From IMG/VR virus record IMGVR_UViG_3300031943_000020: 64,000 bases of DNA; one strand, given 5' to 3'. Shown in pieces: positions 8,498-16,168 of this stretch (its first letter is position 1; the number at the start of each line of letters is the position of its first letter). The stretch comes from an uncultured virus (IMG/VR IMGVR_UViG_3300031943_000020). Its lineage: Duplodnaviria; Heunggongvirae; Uroviricota; Caudoviricetes. Under the pieces are notes generated by a model. It saw only the letters and a list, made by a program, of their open reading frames with translations. It was not told the DNA's origin and did no database searches. A program made the position numbers and the translations under genes.

Positions 8498-8526
8498 ACT
8501 ATAGGCAGGTTGTCTCGGCGTGTCAA
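8498..8526 (-). promoter_or_regulatory. Near-consensus sigma70-type promoter for the RAMP/array operon
   Basis: Minus strand TTGACA-17 nt-TATAGT, about 60 nt upstream of the ATG at 8438. Confidence 0.8.
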
Positions 8527-8561
8527 GTCCCTGTCTATGGGGGCGCGTTCCAAAATAGTTC

Positions 8562-8590
8562 TTGACATCTCCCAGGGATATCCAGACTAT
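8562..8590 (+). promoter_or_regulatory. Divergent promoter for the scaffold/capsid operon
   Basis: TTGACA-17 nt-GACTAT. Confidence 0.5.
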
Positions 8591-8641
8591 TAACAAAATT
8601 TATGCGCTAGTTCTAGACTAGACGCACCGTCCCTGACCTGC

Positions 8642-8682
8642 AAACGGCAGTGCTGAGTGATTCAGTACTGCCGTTTTTTTTG
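8642..8682 (+). terminator. Intrinsic terminator-like hairpin in the scaffold leader
   Basis: AAACGGCAGTGCTGA-gtgat-TCAGTACTGCCGTTT followed by a T run. Confidence 0.7.
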
Positions 8683-8735
8683 TGCCTGATGCTCTGTGGG
8701 ATGCAGAGCGTTCCTTGCCAGACACGGGAGGTGTT

Positions 8736-9515
8736 ATGGCACTCAAGCAAGTGTATGACAACCAGACCGAGATACCCCAGGGACTTCAGGAGCATTACGG
8801 CGAACGGGATGGACGCTGGGCGCTCGTGCTTGATCCCCCTGCGGAAGACGTGAGCGGACTGAAGGGCGCGCTGGACGCTGAACGTCGCCTCCGCCGCGAG
8901 ACCGAGAAGTCGCTGTCCGACATGAAGATCCGCTTTGAAGGTGTCGATCCAGACGAAGTTGTCAAGCTGCGTGACCGCGTCAAAGGGTTGGACGATGCCG
9001 AGATCTATGACAAGCAGGGCATTGAGGCTCTCGTCGCCCGGCGCACTGAGAGCATGAAGACGGAACACGAGCGCCAGGCGCGGGCCATGGAACGGGAAAT
9101 TACCCAACTCAAAGATACCGTGAGCGTGACCGATCGGAAGTGGCGCCAGGACCGTATTAAAACCGCGCTCCTCAATGCCGTCACGACTGCGAAAGTGGAT
9201 GAACCGGCCATTGTCGATGCCGTGCAGCGCGGGCTCGCGGTCTTTACCGACCTGGATGAGCAAGGCGAGGTCGTCGCCAAAAACGGTGATGATCTCAGGT
9301 ACGGGAAAGATGGCGTGCATCCCCTGACGCCGGCAGAGTGGATTGCTAGTCTGAAAGCCTCAGGCGAAGCCTCCCACCTCTGGCGCTCGTCCTCGGGTGG
9401 TGGCGCCCCGGCTCATCATGGCCCAGGCAATAACGCCATTGACTGGAACAGCATTACCAATCCCGCGGAGCGTCTCACGCGCTTTCGCGAATGGCAGGCC
9501 ACCCAAAACCGCTAG
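8736..9515 (+). CDS. Capsid scaffolding protein
   Basis: GGAGG RBS; LQEHY.ERDG..., DVSGLKGALDAER coiled coil, HLW.SSSGGGA tail; directly before capsid. Confidence 0.85.
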   Translation: MALKQVYDNQTEIPQGLQEHYGERDGRWALVLDPPAEDVSGLKGALDAERRLRRETEKSLSDMKIRFEGVDPDEVVKLRDRVKGLDDAEIYDKQGIEALVARRTESMKTEHERQARAMEREITQLKDTVSVTDRKWRQDRIKTALLNAVTTAKVDEPAIVDAVQRGLAVFTDLDEQGEVVAKNGDDLRYGKDGVHPLTPAEWIASLKASGEASHLWRSSSGGGAPAHHGPGNNAIDWNSITNPAERLTRFREWQATQNR

Positions 9516-9588
9516 CGCCACGCTCACTTCTGCACACTGGCAGTGCGTCAGGGAGCGAGCTGGCTAACTCTATGGAGGAAACCACCCT

Positions 9589-10524
9589 ATGGCCCTGACG
9601 ATCATCGAAGCCAGTAAGCTCAATCCCGGTGATGTCGTCCGTAATACCATTGTCGAGATGTTCGCACGCAACTCAGACATTCTCCGTGCCTTACCCTTTG
9701 AGGGGATTGCGGGCAATGCGCTCAAGTATAATCGTGAGGAAATGTTACCCGGAATCGGGTTTCGTGGCGTCAACGAGGGGTTTACGGAGTCTGTGGGGGT
9801 CTTAAATCCCATCACCGAATCGCTCGTGATTGCCGGGGGCGATTTGGACGTAGACCGCTTCATCACGCAAACGATGGGGGCCAATCAGCGCAGTGTCCAG
9901 GAGGGTATGAAAGTTAAAGCGCTGGCGCATCGGTGGACCAAGACGTTCCTCAAGGGGGATAGCTCAGCAGAGCCACGGGAGTTTGATGGCCTGCAACGGC
10001 GTATCCCAGTGGGGTCCAGTCAGTTAGTCGATGCAGGCGCGACCTCGGGTGGGGATGCGCTGTCGCTGTTCAAGCTGGACACGCTGATTAGCAAGGTCGA
10101 CTCGCCGACCCATATGATCATGAATAAGGCACTGTCATTGCGGTTGACGCAAGCCTCACGTAACAGTGCGGTCATGGGGAATGTGGACTTTACACTCAAT
10201 AATCTGGGGCAACGAGTTCAGACGTATAACGGGCTGGAGATTCTCATTGCCGAGGATGACGAAACTGGGACACCGATCCTTCCCTTCTCCGAAGCGAACC
10301 CCGGCGGTGGCGCGGCGGCTTCCACGAGTATCTACGTGGTGCAACTGGGGGACGGGGGCGTAATAGGAATACAGAATCAAGGCCTAGATGTAAGAGATCT
10401 AGGAGAGCTTGAATCTAAGCCTGTCTTTCGTACTAGGATAGAATGGTATACGTCTATTGCAGTATTCGGGGGGAAGAGTGTTGCAAGACTAAGAGGAATA
10501 AAAGATGGCGCACTAGTTGCATAG
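9589..10524 (+). CDS. Major capsid protein
   Basis: MALTIIEASKL..SDILRALPF..YNREEMLP..FRGVNE..GGDLDVDRFI..EFDGL..RIEWY..ARLRGI; 311 aa; synteny. Confidence 0.9.
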   Translation: MALTIIEASKLNPGDVVRNTIVEMFARNSDILRALPFEGIAGNALKYNREEMLPGIGFRGVNEGFTESVGVLNPITESLVIAGGDLDVDRFITQTMGANQRSVQEGMKVKALAHRWTKTFLKGDSSAEPREFDGLQRRIPVGSSQLVDAGATSGGDALSLFKLDTLISKVDSPTHMIMNKALSLRLTQASRNSAVMGNVDFTLNNLGQRVQTYNGLEILIAEDDETGTPILPFSEANPGGGAAASTSIYVVQLGDGGVIGIQNQGLDVRDLGELESKPVFRTRIEWYTSIAVFGGKSVARLRGIKDGALVA

Positions 10525-10551
10525 GTTACGGTACGCCATCGCCTTTTATGG

Positions 10552-11346
10552 CTAGGAATGTCTTGTTTTTCTCCTTCCAACCTTGGTGGGAAAAAATAGA
10601 CCGCGAGCTTTAAGTCTCAGGGTAAGGCTCTTATGGTTAATGCCATAGCGTGCAGCAATCTGGCGTCTCGACAGGGTATCTTCGTGCAGCAATGCCAGGA
10701 TCTCCTCCCATTGCAGGTCCGTCAATTTGCTGGCGTGGTGCTGTTCCCCCATAGGCTTACGTCCTTTGGCCATAGAGTCCTGGGCATTCTCCAGGGTCGT
10801 TCCTTCCCAGAGATGCGCGTCATTACAGCACGGCGGATTGTCGCACGAGTGGCAAATACTCATGTCTGGCAAGGGCCAACGCCCCTGTGCAAAATAGAAT
10901 GCAACAATGTGTGCGCCGGTATCCATCTGGGTTTCAGGGACATAGATCATCCCGTAGCCACCAGGGCCGGCTGTGCGCCCCTGCCACGGCCAGCATTCAT
11001 CAGGCGCACCCCTCTGTACTTGTGCCAGGAACTTCTCGGCAAACGTTCCAGGATACATACGGGACATAACCAGGCTCGTTTTACAGGACCGCGAACAGCA
11101 CCGTTCTTTCGAGCCTGTATGCAATTTCCAGCGATGGACCGCAAAGGGTTGACTGCACGGAGGCCACGAGCAAATCAGGGTCACTTGTCGGTTGCGTCCT
11201 TGAGCTGTGCCAAGAAGCGAACAGGGCTTGGAGCAATACAGCTTTGGGTGAGCTTTTACACGCGAAGGAAACGCGATAACCGTTTTGCTACAGGGTTCCC
11301 ACGCACAGATACACGCAATGCCATTGACAGGGACAGGCTGGGCCAT
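10552..11346 (-). CDS. Free-standing HNH homing endonuclease with N-terminal Zn fingers and C-terminal HTH
   Basis: CWPWQG..GYG..AHIVAF..ICHSCDNPPCCNDAHLWEGTTLENAQD; YCSKPC repeats; antisense to structural operon. Confidence 0.9.
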   Translation of the reverse strand: MAQPVPVNGIACICAWEPCSKTVIAFPSRVKAHPKLYCSKPCSLLGTAQGRNRQVTLICSWPPCSQPFAVHRWKLHTGSKERCCSRSCKTSLVMSRMYPGTFAEKFLAQVQRGAPDECWPWQGRTAGPGGYGMIYVPETQMDTGAHIVAFYFAQGRWPLPDMSICHSCDNPPCCNDAHLWEGTTLENAQDSMAKGRKPMGEQHHASKLTDLQWEEILALLHEDTLSRRQIAARYGINHKSLTLRLKARGLFFPTKVGRRKTRHS

Positions 11347-11515
11347 CAGATGATCTCCTATCAGGATCAGAAGGTTGGTTCGCAAGGCCCTCCTGTTGAT
11401 AGGGACAGGAGATTTAGGGGAGCGACCCCACCTAGCGAACCCCTAGAGTATAGCAGATATGCCCTTGCGATGACAGCGGGAACTCCCTATACTCTCTATA
11501 GAAAGGAATAAACTA

Positions 11516-11941
11516 GTGTCTATCCAAGTATTCGATAAAGCTACAGAGCTAATTGCTCCTGGTGCCGCCGTTGCGGCGACTGCAAGCTCGACGGGCGTCC
11601 TCCTCTACCCCCGTATGCTCGCTAATTGTGATTGGGTGATTTATGCCTCGGGCGTGCTCGGCACGGGCACGTATACCTTTACCCTCGAAGTCAGTGACGT
11701 CGTTGGGGGAAGTTATACGGCTATTGCGACGTATTCCTGGCCAGCCACGCTTGCGTCTGGGCGTGTCCATATCCCGATTAACGGAGATATGGCTGCTTTT
11801 AAAGACAATGACTCGAAATTCATACGAGTGACAGCGACGCTAGGGGCGACGAGTTCTATTATTTATGGGTCTTTTTTAGCGAAGTCGGCCAATAGGGCTG
11901 GTTGGGCCTATAAACCGAATGATTTCATCGCAGTAAGTTAG
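11516..11941 (+). CDS. Putative capsid decoration/cement protein
   Basis: Beta-rich 141 aa, follows capsid once the HNH gene is discounted; AAGGA RBS, GTG start. Confidence 0.6.
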   Translation: MSIQVFDKATELIAPGAAVAATASSTGVLLYPRMLANCDWVIYASGVLGTGTYTFTLEVSDVVGGSYTAIATYSWPATLASGRVHIPINGDMAAFKDNDSKFIRVTATLGATSSIIYGSFLAKSANRAGWAYKPNDFIAVS

Positions 11942-11974
11942 TTGTAACTATACATTATTATAGAGGAGTAGGCC

Positions 11975-12412
11975 ATGCCAACTTATCCTACTACAGTCTA
12001 TGACGCCGATGGCAATCCCGCCGTCATGCACAGTGTCGATGCGAAAGAAGCCGTCATGCTGGGCGACTATACCTATGCCCCGCCCAGTGACCAGCCGGAT
12101 CCGGAGAAACTCGCGGCAGCCCGTGCCAAGTTCCAGGGCGGCATGGGGGAGGTCCATCCGGAACTCCTCACCGAGGAGGAGCGGGACAAGAAGCGCGAAG
12201 CCGCCAACGAGAAGGCGGCGCTCCTCGCCAATGTCCCCGAAGGCGCGCAGGTGGTCGTGATGGCGCCGGAGAGTGCGGCGAGTCGGAGTACGGGTGCGCC
12301 CCGGCGGGCGACGTCCGCGAGTCACGCTGCGCCGCAGACGTCCCATGCGACCCCGAGTAGCAGTGAGAGTGCTAGTCGGGCGCCATCCAGGCCGTCCACG
12401 CCACGGGAGTAA
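11975..12412 (+). CDS. Hypothetical virion-region protein
   Basis: GAGGAG RBS; low-complexity tail. Confidence 0.6.
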   Translation: MPTYPTTVYDADGNPAVMHSVDAKEAVMLGDYTYAPPSDQPDPEKLAAARAKFQGGMGEVHPELLTEEERDKKREAANEKAALLANVPEGAQVVVMAPESAASRSTGAPRRATSASHAAPQTSHATPSSSESASRAPSRPSTPRE

Positions 12413-12418
12413 CGTGCT

Positions 12419-12967
12419 ATGGCGACCCTGGATGCGACGCCTGGCGGTCCGCTGGCCAATAGCTATGTCGATGTCGTGACCTCGACTGATCTGCTAGGAC
12501 AACGCTTGTATACCGATGCCTGGCTGGAAGCCGATGCCACTGACCAGGCCGCAGCCCTCATGTGGGCGACCGATCTGCTCGACAGCCAGGTCCTGTGGTA
12601 TGGCCGTCCTGCTACGGATACGCAGGCCCTGGCCTGGCCACAAATGGGCCAGCGGGACCACCTCGGGCGGCCCCTACCCTCGACGGTGATTCCGACTGCG
12701 GTCCAGCAGGCGACGGCCCTCTATGCGCTGTCCCTGCTGGAGCAATCGCCCCCCGAGGCGGGCACAAGTACCACGCTTGAGGTAGGGGTCGTGAAGTCGC
12801 GCAAGGTGGGGGATACCGAGATTACGTACTTCGACCCACGGCAGACGCCCACCTCGACCACCCAGGCGACACCCACGAGCCAGGGGATACCGGCAGAGGT
12901 GAAGGCCCTGCTCAAGCCCTATGCGCAAGTGGCGGGCAGCATGACGGTACGGCTGCTGCGGACGTAG
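12419..12967 (+). CDS. Head-tail adaptor (DnaT-like domain family)
   Basis: ANSYV..AW..ALMWATDLLD..WYG....QALAWP..IPTAVQQA..KVGDTEITY. Confidence 0.8.
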   Translation: MATLDATPGGPLANSYVDVVTSTDLLGQRLYTDAWLEADATDQAAALMWATDLLDSQVLWYGRPATDTQALAWPQMGQRDHLGRPLPSTVIPTAVQQATALYALSLLEQSPPEAGTSTTLEVGVVKSRKVGDTEITYFDPRQTPTSTTQATPTSQGIPAEVKALLKPYAQVAGSMTVRLLRT

Positions 12968-13089
12968 GAGGTGGCATGTCGTGGACGACATGGGTGCTGC
13001 TGCTGGTGCTGCTGCTGGTGCAGTTGCTTCTGGCTTTTGGCATACCAATGTGGGCCTTCGTGCTGCTTTGGCTCGGAAGGATCTAGGCT

Positions 13090-13404
13090 ATGGAGCCAGC
13101 ACTCGCGGCCATGCTCACAGAGACAGTCAGTCACCAAGCCTATACGGGTCAAAGTGGCTATGGTACGCCCGTCTATAGCCCGGCTACCCTCCGCCCCTGT
13201 CGGGTGGAGTTTAAGGTCGGCCCCATGGTGACGGCGACCGGTGAGGAACGCACGAGCAGTACGCGCATCTTCTTCGATGCCGACTTTACGCTCAATTTGC
13301 GTGATCGCATCGTATTAGAGGACGGGACAGCGCCGCAGATGCAGGCTATCTATCGTCCATGTGATGAGTTCGGCAACGTGCATCATCAGGAGTGCTTATT
13401 CTAG
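13090..13404 (+). CDS. Head closure/stopper protein
   Basis: GYGTPVY..CRVE..GEERTSSTRIF..DRIVL; synteny. Confidence 0.7.
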   Translation: MEPALAAMLTETVSHQAYTGQSGYGTPVYSPATLRPCRVEFKVGPMVTATGEERTSSTRIFFDADFTLNLRDRIVLEDGTAPQMQAIYRPCDEFGNVHHQECLF

Positions 13405-13671
13405 ATGGATGCTTCGACTCAGCATACCGAAGCCCTACGACAACTCAATATGCTCCATGCCCATGTGATGCTGCTCCTGGAAGAGACCCTCGATGCAGCC
13501 GAGGACGGCATTGCCCTGGTCGAAGGTGCGAAGCTCGGCGTGCATTACGTCCAGGCCAGTGTGGCCATCCTGGGCATGCTCAAGCGCCTGGATCCCGCGG
13601 TACGCGGACGGTTGCGGGCCATGCTCCCGTCCACGCGCTTTGTCTGTGACGAGGGAGGAGCCCAGCCATGA
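13405..13671 (+). CDS. Hypothetical protein
   Basis: Translationally coupled on both sides. Confidence 0.5.
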   Translation: MDASTQHTEALRQLNMLHAHVMLLLEETLDAAEDGIALVEGAKLGVHYVQASVAILGMLKRLDPAVRGRLRAMLPSTRFVCDEGGAQP

Positions 13672-14042
13672 TCTCCGTCACGTTTGAAGGCCTGCCCGAG
13701 CTTCAGCGAACCTTGCAACGTCTTGCCGCTCAGGCCCAGCAGGCGCTTGTCCTGGCGCTCGATGCGGAGGCGAACCGTATTCTGGAAGCCAGCCAGCCGC
13801 TCGTGCCGCTGGACACGGGCGATCTGGTGCGCAGTGGCACGGTCATTACCAATGCCGCAGGGTCCGAGGTGCGGTACGGCAATTTTGGCGCTGTGCCCTA
13901 TGCCTTGGTGCAACATGAAGAGACCGCGTTCAACCATCCACGTGGGGGCGAGCACCATTACCTGAGTAAGCCGTTTCTGGAAGCGACAGGGGATATGGCC
14001 CAACGGCTTGCCGCAGACATGCTGCCCTATCTGCGGCCCTAG
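13668..14042 (+). CDS. Neck/tail completion protein (HK97 gp10-like)
   Basis: VPLDTGDLVRSG..PYALVQHE..HPRGGEHHYL. Confidence 0.8.
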   Translation: MISVTFEGLPELQRTLQRLAAQAQQALVLALDAEANRILEASQPLVPLDTGDLVRSGTVITNAAGSEVRYGNFGAVPYALVQHEETAFNHPRGGEHHYLSKPFLEATGDMAQRLAADMLPYLRP

Positions 14043-14050
14043 GAGGCTCT

Positions 14051-14362
14051 ATGGCCCTTGTCGAACGCCTCATGGGCGAACCGTTTGAGCCCGATCACAG
14101 CCGTAAGATTACCGTGCACGAGTTTGCGGCGGCGTCGTACGAGGTGGCCTTCGGGCCGCGCACGGTGGCACAGATTAAGGCGTACTACAACATGACACCT
14201 GAAGATGCGGCGGAGTTTGATGCGCTGACGGCGCAAGTGACGGGCACCGATGCCCAGCGCCATCGCATGGTGTTTCAATTTGAGCAGGTCTTTATTTTGG
14301 CCGAGATGCGGGCACCGTTTTACGATACCCCGGCGCTGGTGCGTACTAGGTTGGGACTCTAG
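14051..14362 (+). CDS. Hypothetical virion-region protein
   Basis: AGGAGG RBS. Confidence 0.65.
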   Translation: MALVERLMGEPFEPDHSRKITVHEFAAASYEVAFGPRTVAQIKAYYNMTPEDAAEFDALTAQVTGTDAQRHRMVFQFEQVFILAEMRAPFYDTPALVRTRLGL

Positions 14363-14363
14363 T

Positions 14364-15653
14364 ATGGCGCTGCAATGCTTTGTGGATACCTTCAATATTG
14401 GGACGGGGGCTGCCGCAAGTACGGTCGTGCGCACTGGGTATGGGTTCCAGCCAAAGGCTTGTTTGTACTGGTGGAGTGGACGGACGGAGACGGTGACCAC
14501 GTTTGCTGCCAAGAACCCACAACCGGGTTTTGGCGTGGCGGTCTCGCCGACGAGTCGCGCCTGCGTGACGAGCTATAGCCAGAACGGTGCGGGGACAATG
14601 ATTACGAATCGGTGGCACGATAATGCCAATGTGATGGCGACGAGCACGTTTACGACCGTGGACGCGTTGGAGGGGAGCGCCGATCTTCAGAGCTTTGACG
14701 CCGGCGGGCAAACGTTGGTGATTACCGATGCGTTTCCCGCGAGTTACCGTGTCCACTGCCTCGCCCTGGGTGGCAGTGATCTGACGAATGCGGCGGTGGC
14801 ACAGTTTCAGACGCCCGACAGCACGGGTGTCCAAAGTATTACGAGTCTGAGTTTTCAACCTGATGCGCTGGTCTTCATCACCGCAGGGCATACCGCCGCT
14901 CCTCCGGTGATTACGCCCACGGCGGCGTTCAGTATCGGCATGGCAACGGGCACGGCGGCGCAAGGCGTCCTTGGTTTCGTGGATACGGATGCTGGGGGCA
15001 GTTCCTCGACGGGGACTTACCAGTACAGCGGGGAATGTCTGGCGTTTCTCTCCTCATCGGCGCTTGTAACGGCGCGTGCGGCCTTCAGTGCCTTTCTCGC
15101 CAACGGCTTTCAACTCAATTGGTTAGAAATTCCTGGCGTGGGGGTCAATCAGTACTGCTGGGCGTTGGCGCTGAAGGGCGGCAGCTATCTGGTGGGGGCT
15201 CAGGACACCGGAGCCTTTCCAGGGAATACCACCCCGGAGTCGGGCTTTGGCTTTGCGCCCACGGGGTGCCTCCTGTTGGGGTCTGGGTATGCCCAAAGTA
15301 CGCAGGATACGATTGGCAGTCGGGCGGTCAAATGGCAGTTAGGAGGCTTTACGAGTCTCACGAATCGTGCCTGTCAGTCCATCGTCTCGCAGTTGGGCGC
15401 CAACAGTGCCACGTGCGCCAGTAGTCTCAATGAGGATGCCTGCCTCCGTCATCTCACGAACGCCACGACGAGTTCTGGCGTCACGGATGTGGGGGCTATC
15501 GGTAGCGATGGTTTTACCCTCACCATGGACGTGGCCGACGCGACGGGAACGTATGTGACATATCTGGCGTTTGGCAACGGGACGGCGCCACCGGCCACGA
15601 AAGCACCTCCACCGAGGCGGCAACCGCTACGCTTCATGAGGAGGGCCGCCTAG
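14364..15653 (+). CDS. Putative virion structural protein with three GFQP-type internal repeats
   Basis: GYGFQPK, LSFQPD and GFGFAPT repeat units; G/T/S/A-rich; basic Pro-rich C-terminus. Confidence 0.65.
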   Translation: MALQCFVDTFNIGTGAAASTVVRTGYGFQPKACLYWWSGRTETVTTFAAKNPQPGFGVAVSPTSRACVTSYSQNGAGTMITNRWHDNANVMATSTFTTVDALEGSADLQSFDAGGQTLVITDAFPASYRVHCLALGGSDLTNAAVAQFQTPDSTGVQSITSLSFQPDALVFITAGHTAAPPVITPTAAFSIGMATGTAAQGVLGFVDTDAGGSSSTGTYQYSGECLAFLSSSALVTARAAFSAFLANGFQLNWLEIPGVGVNQYCWALALKGGSYLVGAQDTGAFPGNTTPESGFGFAPTGCLLLGSGYAQSTQDTIGSRAVKWQLGGFTSLTNRACQSIVSQLGANSATCASSLNEDACLRHLTNATTSSGVTDVGAIGSDGFTLTMDVADATGTYVTYLAFGNGTAPPATKAPPPRRQPLRFMRRAA

Positions 15654-16157
15654 ATGCCACGGCTCTACAAGTGCGCGGCGACGTTTACCCTCACCGCGGC
15701 AGGGGGCAATACGGATCTCCTGCAACTGAATCCAGCGACGACCGGGGATAGAAACTTGCGCCTGGTCGGCTTCCGTCTTGGCAATACCACCGAAGTCGGG
15801 GATGCTGCGGAAGAGGGCTTAGAACTCCAGTTAGTCCACATGACGGGCACGGTCACGGATGGTGCTGGGACTGGTTCAACAACGGTGACGCCAGTCCCGA
15901 CGCCACGGGTGGGTGGCACTGCTGCGGGCTTCACAGCCCGCGTCAATAGTCCGACCATAGCGACAACGAGCGGCACGACGACGGTGTTGGAGTACATTGG
16001 CTGGGTCAATCGCCAGACGCCCTACGAGCTTTTTTACCCCGACTCCAAGTGGTGTCACGAGGCGATTGCGACAGAGGCGCTCCTTTTGCGCTTCACGGGC
16101 ACCTTGGCAGACGACATGACCCTGCAAATCACGGCGTTTATCGAGGAAGAAGGCTAG
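15654..16157 (+). CDS. Putative virion structural protein
   Basis: Coupled to upstream stop; beta-rich. Confidence 0.6.
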   Translation: MPRLYKCAATFTLTAAGGNTDLLQLNPATTGDRNLRLVGFRLGNTTEVGDAAEEGLELQLVHMTGTVTDGAGTGSTTVTPVPTPRVGGTAAGFTARVNSPTIATTSGTTTVLEYIGWVNRQTPYELFYPDSKWCHEAIATEALLLRFTGTLADDMTLQITAFIEEEG

Positions 16158-16168
16158 GGGGCGCCACC

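Noticed and set aside
8440..8620. Self-target of array units in the divergent promoter region
   Set aside because: Manual gapped matching gave only partial, chance-level similarity; needs a computational search.
10552..11346. Group I intron or intein hosting the HNH genes
   Set aside because: Both HNH genes lie antisense between intact, stop-terminated genes, so they are free-standing.
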